Made by a program: the position numbers and the translations under genes. Shown here piece by piece: positions 56,950 through 64,000 of a stretch of DNA of 64,000 bases (its first letter is position 1; each line of letters starts with the position of its first letter). The DNA is from an uncultured Rhodocyclaceae bacterium (GTDB taxonomy: Bacteria; Pseudomonadota; Gammaproteobacteria; Burkholderiales; Rhodocyclaceae). The notes under the pieces are model-generated. The model was given only the letters and a program-made list of their open reading frames with translations, was not told the DNA's origin and did no database searches. The stretch is from NCBI GenBank assembly GCA_964475635.1, contig CAYYXS010000019.1, forward strand, positions 7,072-71,071, read 5' to 3'.

Positions 56950-57697
56950 ACAGATGCGCGTAGGCGCGGCTCACCGTGACCGTCTCCGGCCGGTCGCGCA
57001 GGCTGAGCAGCACGCGGCCGCTCCCGTCGTGGCGGGCCGCCGTGACGAACGCGGCGTTCACGATGGTGCCGCGATGCACCTGCCAGAAAGCCTCCGCGTC
57101 CAGCTGTTCGGCCAGCTCCCTGATCGGCGTGCGGATGAGCAGCTCGCCCGAGGCGGTCATCACCGCCGTATATTTGTCCGCCGCCTGGAAGTAGCGCACC
57201 TCGGCCACCGCCACCAGACGCACCGCCTCGCCGACCGAGGCGCGGATCCACTTCAGCGGCTGCGGTCTCGCCGTGTTCTGCAGACTGACTTTCTCCAGCG
57301 CGGCCATCAGCCGGCTGCGCTCCCTGTCCGAAGGCTCTGCGACGGCGCGGCGCAGGCGCGCCACCGTCTGCGCCAGGCGCGCCTCTTCCGCCGGCTTGAG
57401 CACGTAATCGAGCGCCGCGCGCTCGAAGGCCTCCACCGCGTACTGGTCGTAGGCGGTGACGAACACCACCTGGCAGGCAAAGTCCAGCCGCGCCGCCACC
57501 TCCAGGCCGGAGAGCCCCGGCATGCGGATGTCGAGAAAGGCGATGTCGGGCTTGTCCGCTGCCAGGCGCGCCAGCGCCGCCGGGCCGTCGTGGCAAACGG
57601 CGACGATTTCCAGATCCGGCCACAGTGCGGCGATGCGGCGGCGCAGATCTTCCGCCAGCAGCGGCTCGTCGTCGGCGATCAGCGCGGTGGGCTTCAT
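56936..57697 (-). CDS. LytTR-family response regulator
   Basis: MKPTALIADDEP, AFLDIRMP, FVTAYDQYA, DYVLKP, then LytTR motifs KYT, FWQVHRGTIVN, VSRAY. Confidence 0.95.
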   Translation of the reverse strand: MKPTALIADDEPLLAEDLRRRIAALWPDLEIVAVCHDGPAALARLAADKPDIAFLDIRMPGLSGLEVAARLDFACQVVFVTAYDQYAVEAFERAALDYVLKPAEEARLAQTVARLRRAVAEPSDRERSRLMAALEKVSLQNTARPQPLKWIRASVGEAVRLVAVAEVRYFQAADKYTAVMTASGELLIRTPIRELAEQLDAEAFWQVHRGTIVNAAFVTAARHDGSGRVLLSLRDRPETVTVSRAYAHLFRQM

Positions 57698-58911
57698 AGC
57701 GGCGCCAGCAGCGGCCTGACGAGGCGGCGCTCCAGTTCCGCCAGGGCCTGGGGCGGCTCGCCCTGCGCGGCGACGCCGAGCCAGGCGCGCAGCGCCGGCA
57801 GCAGCGGGCGCAGGCTGCGCGCCGCGCAATGGCCGTCGTCGCGCACGATCCAGGCGCTCACCCGCGCCGAGCCGCGCAGGCGGGCATAGCTGGCCGGCGG
57901 CACGTAGGGATCGCGCTCGCCGTTGACGATCAGCGTCGGCGGCAGCCGCTCCAGGGCGAAGGACGAGAGGTCGAAGCGGCGCAGCGCGGCGGTGAGCGCG
58001 GCATGCTCCGCCGTCTGCGGCAGGCCGAGCGCGGCGCGCAGGATGCCGCCCATGCCGTTGGGCAGGCCGTCCTGCTGCGCCGGCGCCGCCTCGCCGGTAG
58101 GGCCGCCGATGGCAATGGCGAAATCGACCGCACCGAGCAGCGCCAGCTTGAGCGCCCAGTGGCCGCCGAAGCTCATGCCGAACACGCCGGCCGCCGGCGC
58201 CGCGCCGCGCAGGGCGTGCAGCACGCCCAGATACACCGCCTCGGCATCCCCGGCGAGCGGCAACTGCGACTCGCCGGTGCCGGGCATGTCGAAGGCGGCC
58301 ACGCGCAGGCCGGCCATGCCGCTGAAGAACAGGCAAAGCGGGTGCATCTCGATCTTGAAGGTATCCACGCCGCCGCTGAGCAGCAGCAGGGGCGCATCCG
58401 GCGCGCGCGGCAGATACTCGTGCAGCGCCACCGCCGTGACGCCGCCGCGCCACGGCACCTCGATCACGCGGCGGCGTACGGGCAGGGCAAAGCCGGCCAT
58501 GGCGCGGGCGAAATACCCGAGCTGGCGCTGCGCCGCCGCGCGCCGCAGCGGCGTGGCGGCGACGGGAAAGCGCGCCGCACCCAGGCAGAGCGCCGCCGGC
58601 AGCCAGTCCTGGCGCGCCGCGTGTTCCTCGGCCAGGCGGTTCCATTCGAAGCACCAGCCGCCGGCCGCGTCGCTCCAGGCATCGACGATGGCGGCACGCG
58701 CACGATCCAGGTCCGCCGCCGGAATGCCCCAGCCGAGGAACTGTGCGGCGCGCTCGGCAAACAACTCCTCGACGGAAAACGCGAAGGGCTCGAAACCGAC
58801 GCCCCCGCGCAGCGGCAGAAATGGCGCGCCGTCTTCCTGCGCCGACGCCTCGGCGCCAAGCAGGGCCAGCCCGGCCGCTCCCAGCACATGCAAAAAATCG
58901 CGTCTGATCAT
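57694..58911 (-). CDS. Alpha/beta hydrolase (FrsA/DUF1100-like) with twin-arginine signal peptide
   Basis: MIRRDFLHVLGAAGLALLGAEASA Tat signal; GGVDTFK, FDMPGTGES, GMSFG nucleophile, GERD, DGH. Confidence 0.8.
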   Translation of the reverse strand: MIRRDFLHVLGAAGLALLGAEASAQEDGAPFLPLRGGVGFEPFAFSVEELFAERAAQFLGWGIPAADLDRARAAIVDAWSDAAGGWCFEWNRLAEEHAARQDWLPAALCLGAARFPVAATPLRRAAAQRQLGYFARAMAGFALPVRRRVIEVPWRGGVTAVALHEYLPRAPDAPLLLLSGGVDTFKIEMHPLCLFFSGMAGLRVAAFDMPGTGESQLPLAGDAEAVYLGVLHALRGAAPAAGVFGMSFGGHWALKLALLGAVDFAIAIGGPTGEAAPAQQDGLPNGMGGILRAALGLPQTAEHAALTAALRRFDLSSFALERLPPTLIVNGERDPYVPPASYARLRGSARVSAWIVRDDGHCAARSLRPLLPALRAWLGVAAQGEPPQALAELERRLVRPLLAPL

Positions 58912-58934
58912 ATCTTCCTCTTCTCTCTCCCCCG

Positions 58935-58962
58935 CCCCTCTCACCCCAAGCGGGGAGAGGGG
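58935..58962. repeat. REP-like hairpin between kinase and hydrolase genes
   Basis: CCCCTCTCACCCC-AAGC-GGGGAGAGGGG. Confidence 0.65.
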
Positions 58963-58971
58963 CGAAATTGT

Positions 58972-59982
58972 TCATGCCGGCAGTTCGAGCGTCGCCACCA
59001 CGCCCTGCCCCGCATTCGCCCGCACCTCCAGGCGGGCCGCCTCGCCGAACAGCGCGACCAGCCGGCTGCGCACGTTCTCCAGGCCGAAGCCGCTGCCGGC
59101 GCCGCTGCCGTCGCGCAGGCCGGCGCCGGTGTCGGCGACGGTGAGGCGCAGGCGGCCGTCCGCCAGCCGCGCGGCGATGCGCAGCTCGCCGCCGCCCACC
59201 TGCGGCTCGATGCCGTGGGTGACGGCGTTCTCCACCAGCGGCTGCAGCAGCAGCAGCGGGAAGGGGCGCGCGAGCAGTTCCGGCGGCACGTCGAAGGCAT
59301 AGCGCAGGCGCGGCCCCAGGCGCAGGCCGAGGATGTCGAGGTAGCGCCGCAGCAGCTCGATCTCGTCGCCGAGGGTGGATTCCGCCTCGCGCGTGCGCTG
59401 CAGCGTGGCGCGCAGGTAGGCAATCAGATCGGCGAGCAGGCGCTCGGCGCGCTCGGGATCGCTGCGGATCAGCACCGAAAGGTTGGCCAGGGTGTTGAAC
59501 AGGAAATGCGGCTCGATCTGCGCCTGCAGCATGCGCAGTTGCGCGTCGACGCGCTCCTTCTCCGCCAGCGCCTGGCGCAGCCGGCGCTCCTGCAGCTCGC
59601 CCTCGAGCAGGCCCAGGCGCTCGCGCAGGTAGAACAGGGCGCTGATGCCGGCGCCGAAAATGAGGCCGATCAGCAGCGACTGCCAGGCCATCTCGGCCAG
59701 CCAGGCGCTGTCGCGCGCGCCGAGCAGCAGCACGGACAGGCCGATCCCCGCCGCCACCCCGGCGGGCAAGGCGAAGAGCATGGCGTAGAGCCGCGCCGGC
59801 CCGTGGGCCGTCCAGCGATAGACGGCGAGACAGGCGGCGTAGATGGACAGGCCGATGCACTCGGAGATGAGCAGGTTCTCGTCGAAGGCGTGGCCGACGC
59901 CGATGGCGGTAAGGAAGGCCGCGATCAGCGCGTTGATGACGGCGATGGAGGCGAGCTGCGGCAGCGACAAAGACAGGGTCAT
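58972..59982 (-). CDS. LytS/AlgZ-type membrane sensor histidine kinase
   Basis: About 4 N-terminal TM segments, LQAQIEPHFLFNTL, LQPLVENAVTHG, DTGAG, GFGLENV. Confidence 0.93.
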   Translation of the reverse strand: MTLSLSLPQLASIAVINALIAAFLTAIGVGHAFDENLLISECIGLSIYAACLAVYRWTAHGPARLYAMLFALPAGVAAGIGLSVLLLGARDSAWLAEMAWQSLLIGLIFGAGISALFYLRERLGLLEGELQERRLRQALAEKERVDAQLRMLQAQIEPHFLFNTLANLSVLIRSDPERAERLLADLIAYLRATLQRTREAESTLGDEIELLRRYLDILGLRLGPRLRYAFDVPPELLARPFPLLLLQPLVENAVTHGIEPQVGGGELRIAARLADGRLRLTVADTGAGLRDGSGAGSGFGLENVRSRLVALFGEAARLEVRANAGQGVVATLELPA

Positions 59983-59991
59983 GGCCGCATG

Positions 59992-60900
59992 TTATACGGC
60001 GTGCGCCGCGCCTGTCACTTCGAGATAGACCTGCTCCAGCCCCACCGGCAGCAGGGCGAGCGAGGTGAGCTCCAGGCCGGCCAGGGCGGCGGCGATCTCC
60101 GCCAGGCCGAAGGCACGCGGCAGCCACAGCGTGGTGCGGCCGCCGTAGCGGCGCAGCGGCCAGCCGCGCGCGCCCGCCCAGGCCTTGAGCGCCGCCTCGT
60201 CGCGCGCCTCGACCGCCGCCAGCTGCGGCGCGGCGATGTGCCCGCGCAGCGCGTCGAGCGTGCCCTCGGCGGCGATGCGCCCGGCGCGCAGGATGCCGAT
60301 GCGCGCGCACAGCCGCTGCGCCTCTTCGAGATGGTGCGTGGTGAGCAGGATGGCCATGCCGTCGGCGTTGAGGCGGCGGATCAGTTCCCACAGTTCGTGG
60401 CGCGCCTCGACGTCGAGTGCCGCCGTCGGCTCGTCGAGGATGAGCAGGCGCGGCGCATGCGCCAGCGCCGCGGCGATGTGCACGCGCCGCTGCCAGCCGC
60501 CGCTCAGATTGCCGACGCGGCTGCGGGCGTACTCGCCGAGGCGAAAGGCCTCGATCAGCTCGGCCACGCGCGCGCGCCGCCGCGCCGCCGGCAGGCCGTA
60601 GAGGCGGGCGAAGAAGTCGAGGTTCTCGGCGCAGGTCAGCTCGCGGTAGAGGGCCACTTCCTGCGCCGCGTAGCCGATCAGGCGCCGGCCCTCCCCGCCC
60701 GTCGCCGCGCCCGCCAGCCGGATGCTGCCGACATCGGCGGCGAGCAGGTTGCACAGGATGTTGATGGCGGTGGTCTTGCCCGAGCCGTTCGGCCCGAGCA
60801 GGCCGTAGACCTCGCCCGGCGCGATGGAGAAAGTCAGTCCCTGCAGTACGGCGCGTCCGGCGAAGGATTTCTCCAGGCCTTCGATGTCGACGATGTTCAT
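59992..60900 (-). CDS. ABC-2 exporter ATP-binding protein (DrrA/NatA-like)
   Basis: GPNGSGKTT, LSGGWQRR, LILDEPT, LTTHHLEEA. Confidence 0.92.
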   Translation of the reverse strand: MNIVDIEGLEKSFAGRAVLQGLTFSIAPGEVYGLLGPNGSGKTTAINILCNLLAADVGSIRLAGAATGGEGRRLIGYAAQEVALYRELTCAENLDFFARLYGLPAARRRARVAELIEAFRLGEYARSRVGNLSGGWQRRVHIAAALAHAPRLLILDEPTAALDVEARHELWELIRRLNADGMAILLTTHHLEEAQRLCARIGILRAGRIAAEGTLDALRGHIAAPQLAAVEARDEAALKAWAGARGWPLRRYGGRTTLWLPRAFGLAEIAAALAGLELTSLALLPVGLEQVYLEVTGAAHAV

Positions 60901-61670
60901 GCCCGCCTCTCCTGCTCCAGCATGGCGCGGTAGGCGCGCGCACCCAGCCACAGGGCGAGCGCGGCGAAGGCGGCGAGGAAGGCGACATGCGGCTGCACCT
61001 CGGCCAGCGTGCGGCCCTCGGCCCAGACGCCCTTCAGTGCCTGGTTCATGTGATAGACCGGATCGGCCTGGGCCAGCGCGAGCAGGCTCGGCGGCAGCAG
61101 CGACACCGGGAAGAAGGTACCGCCCAACACCAGCAGCGGCACGCCGAAGCCGGCGACGGGGCCGTTCACGTCCTCGGTGCGGCGGGCGAAGCGCGCGCCG
61201 AAGAAGAAGCCCAGGCCGACGTAGGCGCAGACGCTGAGCGCGACGATCGCCAGCCCCAGGGGCAGGCTGCCGTGGAAGCGCCCGCCGAAGGCCCGCGCGA
61301 CGGCGTACACGATGGCGGTCTGCGCCAGGGCGATGACCAGATAGGCCGCAACGATGCCGAGGAAGCAGGCGGCCGGCGCCAGCGGCGAGAGCAGCAGCCG
61401 GCGCAGGGTGCGCCGCTCGCGCTCGGCGGCCAGCGTCGCCACGGTGCCGCCGAGGCAGCTGAAGAACAGCGCCGCGCCGATCAGGATGCCCGGCGCCGTG
61501 TGGTCGAAGGACGGCCCCGGCTGCTTGCCCGAAGCATACATGGTGCCGAACAGCAACAGCATCAGGGTCGGGAACACCGCCCAGAAGATCAGGCTGCGCC
61601 GCGTGCGCAGGAGCTCGATCAAGATGCGCCGGGCGATGGCCCAGGTCTCGGCGGGAATGCGGGCGATCAC
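60897..61670 (-). CDS. ABC-2 exporter permease
   Basis: Multiple TM segments, AERERRTLRRLLLSP, GGTFFP; ATGA overlap with the ATPase gene. Confidence 0.9.
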   Translation of the reverse strand: MIARIPAETWAIARRILIELLRTRRSLIFWAVFPTLMLLLFGTMYASGKQPGPSFDHTAPGILIGAALFFSCLGGTVATLAAERERRTLRRLLLSPLAPAACFLGIVAAYLVIALAQTAIVYAVARAFGGRFHGSLPLGLAIVALSVCAYVGLGFFFGARFARRTEDVNGPVAGFGVPLLVLGGTFFPVSLLPPSLLALAQADPVYHMNQALKGVWAEGRTLAEVQPHVAFLAAFAALALWLGARAYRAMLEQERRA

Positions 61671-61747
61671 GCCAGTTCTCCCAGGATGGCCTGCAGGGCG
61701 GCGGCGAACACGGCCGGGCCGAGCGCCAGTTGTGCGGCGAGATGCAT
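61667..61747 (-). CDS. Putative 26-aa hydrophobic micro-protein MHLAAQLALGPAVFAAALQAILGELA
   Basis: TGATG overlap with the upstream 2TM stop, GTGA overlap with the permease start, SD-like GGAAGG upstream. Confidence 0.45.
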   Translation of the reverse strand: MHLAAQLALGPAVFAAALQAILGELA

Positions 61748-62043
61748 CAGCGCCCTTCCCTGCGGCTGCGTTCGGTCAGCTCGCGCAGCTTGCGTTCTTC
61801 CCACTCGGCACCGAGGAAGCGCCCGCCGAAAATAACGCTCGCGCCGTGGATGACGACGGCGATGCCCCAGCCGGCGAGCGGCCACACCGACCACAGGCGG
61901 CCGCCGCCGGCAAGCAGGTTGAGGATGAGCAGGCCGGCATTCACGGCGAGGTACACGCCGAGATGGACGTAGAAGCCGCGCAGCCGGCGCACCTGGCGGC
62001 GCGCAGCCGCATATTCGGGAGTGTCTTCGAAGGTCGTTGCCAT
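61747..62043 (-). CDS. 2TM domain protein
   Basis: ARRQVRRLRGFYVHLGVYLAVN...WSVWPLAGWGIAVVIH...WEERKLREL; AAGGAG RBS. Confidence 0.88.
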   Translation of the reverse strand: MATTFEDTPEYAAARRQVRRLRGFYVHLGVYLAVNAGLLILNLLAGGGRLWSVWPLAGWGIAVVIHGASVIFGGRFLGAEWEERKLRELTERSRREGR

Positions 62044-62056
62044 TGCATCGCTCCTT

Positions 62057-62524
62057 TCAGGCGGGTTTGAAGACCATGAAGTAGAGGTTCGCCGCCGGCA
62101 GCACGGTGGCGAGAACGCCCACCCGCAGCCAGAGGCGGTTCAGCCGCCAGTACGCGGGCGGAATCTCGCCGCCGCCGGCGAAGCCGCGCGCCAGGCGCGC
62201 CAGTTTGATCTGCAGCGGAATCAGGATGCCGACCCAGAGCAGGCCGGAGAGCACGAACAGCGCCTGCCCCCAGGCCAGCCAGGGCGCGGCGAGCGGCAGA
62301 TCGTGCAGCAGGGCGCCGGCATAGCCGCCGGCGCCGAGCAGCGTCGCCCCGCCGAAGGTGAACACCCAGTCGGTCAGCGTCACCTGGCGCTGGGCGAAGG
62401 CAACGATGGCGGGGTTGCGCGTGCGGTCGGCCATCACCTTCCACCAGCCGGTGACGATGATGTTGCCGAGGAACAGCACGACGCCGGCCAGATGCAGGGT
62501 CTTCAGTGCGAGATAGGCGTCCAT
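62057..62524 (-). CDS. DUF2269-family integral membrane protein
   Basis: YLALKTLHLAGVVLFLGNI...TDWVFT...YFMVFKP; GGAG RBS. Confidence 0.8.
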   Translation of the reverse strand: MDAYLALKTLHLAGVVLFLGNIIVTGWWKVMADRTRNPAIVAFAQRQVTLTDWVFTFGGATLLGAGGYAGALLHDLPLAAPWLAWGQALFVLSGLLWVGILIPLQIKLARLARGFAGGGEIPPAYWRLNRLWLRVGVLATVLPAANLYFMVFKPA

Positions 62525-62648
62525 GACTGTCTCCGACGGGCCACCCGAAGGAGGCGGCGCGTAACGATTGGAAACCGTGCCTCGCACGGTTGAACCGTCG
62601 TCACCCCTGTCCTTGGGAAAGGGGCTGGCGGCAAGGTCATTCTCATCC

Positions 62649-63227
62649 TCAGCTGTCCTCGCGCGCCGCGCGGCGGACCGCTTCCAGCCACTTGTCGCGC
62701 TGCGCCGGCGAGGAGGTCTTCACCGGGCCGAACTGCGCGATGCGCACCGGCTTGATGCCGCAGAACTCGAGGATGGTGCGGCGCATCTGGTTGTGGCCCG
62801 GCATGCGGTAGAACCAGCGGTAGTACCAGGGCGGCGTGTCCATGGTGACCAGCAGGCGCGCGCTGCGCCCGGCGAGCAGGCGATCCCACCAGGGCGAATC
62901 CTTGCGGTAGCTGAAGGCGAAGCCGGGCAGAAAGACGCGCTCGATGAAGCCCTTCAGCAGCGCCGGCAGGCCGCCCCACCAGGTCGGGTAGACGAAGGCG
63001 AGATGGTCGGCCCAGAGAATCGCTTCCTGCGCCGCAGCCAGATCCGCCTCCGGCGCCTGCTCGGCGCGATAGCCGGCATGCAGCACCGGATCGAAGGCCA
63101 GGTCGGCCAGCGCCAGCTCGCGCACTTCGGCGCCGGCCGCGCGCGCCGCCTCGCCGTAGCCGGCGGCGAGCGCACCGCACAGGCTGTCCTGCCGCGGATG
63201 GCCGAGAATGACCAGGATTTTCTTCAT
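62649..63227 (-). CDS. Flavodoxin-fold NAD(P)H-dependent oxidoreductase (NQO/MdaB/KefF-like)
   Basis: ILVILGHP, ADHLAFVYPTWWGGLPALLKGFIERVF, LLVTMDTP. Confidence 0.9.
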   Translation of the reverse strand: MKKILVILGHPRQDSLCGALAAGYGEAARAAGAEVRELALADLAFDPVLHAGYRAEQAPEADLAAAQEAILWADHLAFVYPTWWGGLPALLKGFIERVFLPGFAFSYRKDSPWWDRLLAGRSARLLVTMDTPPWYYRWFYRMPGHNQMRRTILEFCGIKPVRIAQFGPVKTSSPAQRDKWLEAVRRAAREDS

Positions 63228-63257
63228 GACTGCCTCCATCGGGTTGGCGATGGCGGC

Positions 63258-63326
63258 AGATTAGCCGGACGGCTGCCACCGGCTCAACGGCGTTGCGACG
63301 AAACGGCGGAATCGCAGGATGAGTCG
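63258..63326 (-). promoter_or_regulatory. Candidate LytTR-activated promoter of the accessory cassette
   Basis: Imperfect direct repeat CGACTCATCC / CGTTTCGTCG with 21-bp period, then TTGAGC-N18-TAATCT. Confidence 0.45.
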
Positions 63327-63351
63327 TGCAAAAGGCGGCGTAAAAGACGGC

Positions 63352-63903
63352 TCAAGGCAACCTGACCGGAACCGTGCCCTTCACCGCGCACAGCTTCTGC
63401 ACCATGGCCGGCTTCGGCAGCGTCGCCTCGCCCTGCTCGAAGGCGACCACCGTCAGCCGGGCGCCGAAGGCCTCGAGCAACTCCCCCGGCCGCAGCAGGA
63501 AATCCGGGTTGGAAGGCCGGCCGAAGCGCTCGTTGCCCTGCATGAAGGTCTCGTAGATGAGCACGCCGCCGTCCGCCAGGGCCTCGATCAGGCGGGGAAA
63601 CAGCGGCCTGTGCAGGTAGTTGGCGACGACGATCCCCTCGAAGCGACGGCCCGCCAAAGGCCAGGCTCCGCTCTCGAGGTCGGCCTGCAGTGCCTCAATG
63701 CCCGCTCCCAGTCCCGCCAATGCGACCGCATCGCGATCGACCGCCGTCACCCGCCAGCCGCCGGCCTCAAGGAAGCGCGCATGGCGGCCGTAACCACAGG
63801 CAAGATCGAGCATCGCCCCCCCGCCCGGGACGAGGGTCGCGAAGCGGCAAACCCAGGCTGAGGGTTGCGAGAGCGGCTCGTGTATGCATGCGGGAGTCGA
63901 CAC
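63352..63903 (-). CDS. Class I SAM-dependent methyltransferase (TehB-like fold)
   Basis: MLDLACGYGRH, VTAVDRD, VVANYLHR, LIYETF; start uncertain (GTG 63903). Confidence 0.85.
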   Translation of the reverse strand: MSTPACIHEPLSQPSAWVCRFATLVPGGGAMLDLACGYGRHARFLEAGGWRVTAVDRDAVALAGLGAGIEALQADLESGAWPLAGRRFEGIVVANYLHRPLFPRLIEALADGGVLIYETFMQGNERFGRPSNPDFLLRPGELLEAFGARLTVVAFEQGEATLPKPAMVQKLCAVKGTVPVRLP

Positions 63904-64000
63904 GCCGCGATTGTATTGCATGCGCAGGAAGCAGGTTATAAGCTGAGCCCATGAAGCCAACCGAGGGCGCCCACTGCACCGAGCCCGTGCGAGGGCACGT

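Noticed and set aside
57829-60933. 1034-aa plus-strand ORF
   Set aside because: Antisense shadow of the cassette genes
56936-60988. 1350-aa ORF ending in the LytTR regulator (apparent giant fusion)
   Set aside because: The upstream part is an off-frame Arg/Ala/Gly-rich shadow of the ABC, kinase and hydrolase genes; the real regulator starts at MKPTALIADDEP (57697)
62636-63213. 10-bp inverted match (GGTCATTCTC / GAGAATGACC) bracketing the oxidoreductase gene
   Set aside because: One copy lies inside the coding sequence, the match is short, and there is no transposase or target duplication
63352-63903. TehB-like methyltransferase as part of a selenium module with selD/mnmH
   Set aside because: It appears to be a widespread betaproteobacterial methyltransferase type and lies about 6.4 kb from mnmH; no sequence evidence for Se specificity
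63936-64000. Possible 3' end of a minus-strand CDS (VPSHGLGAVGALGWLHGLSL-stop)
   Set aside because: Only about 20 codons are inside the window, too short to assign

Overview
Core-chromosome window of a high-GC betaproteobacterium; gene order resembles Rhodocyclales/Sterolibacteriaceae-type genomes (inference). Left to right: TCA cluster (partial gltA, sdhE-B-A-D-C, GntR/SdhR-like regulator with an operator, mdh, CitE-like lyase, acnB); MBL hydrolase-bamC-dapA; HDAC-family deacetylase divergent from moxR-DUF58-tgpA-mltB; surE-pcm-nlpD-rpoS; thrS-infC(ATC start)-rpmI-rplT-pheST-ihfA-MerR; methyltransferase-rnhA-dnaQ, gloB, an orphan REC-GGDEF cyclase, mltD, yejABEF, fabI; tig-clpP-clpX-lon-hupB, ppiD; hpnCDE; ybbA/tesA-like pair; selD/mnmH; five tRNAs. 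No integrase, transposase or CRISPR array was seen. The only accessory-looking block is about 56.9-63.3 kb, a co-oriented cassette: flavodoxin-fold oxidoreductase, DUF2269, 2TM protein, an unannotated 26-aa ORF coupled on both sides, ABC-2 exporter, LytS-type kinase, Tat-signal FrsA/DUF1100-like hydrolase and LytTR regulator, preceded by a candidate 21-bp-spaced LytTR direct repeat. It is the best candidate for an uncharacterised sensing/detoxification system. Family calls come from motif recognition, not database searches.
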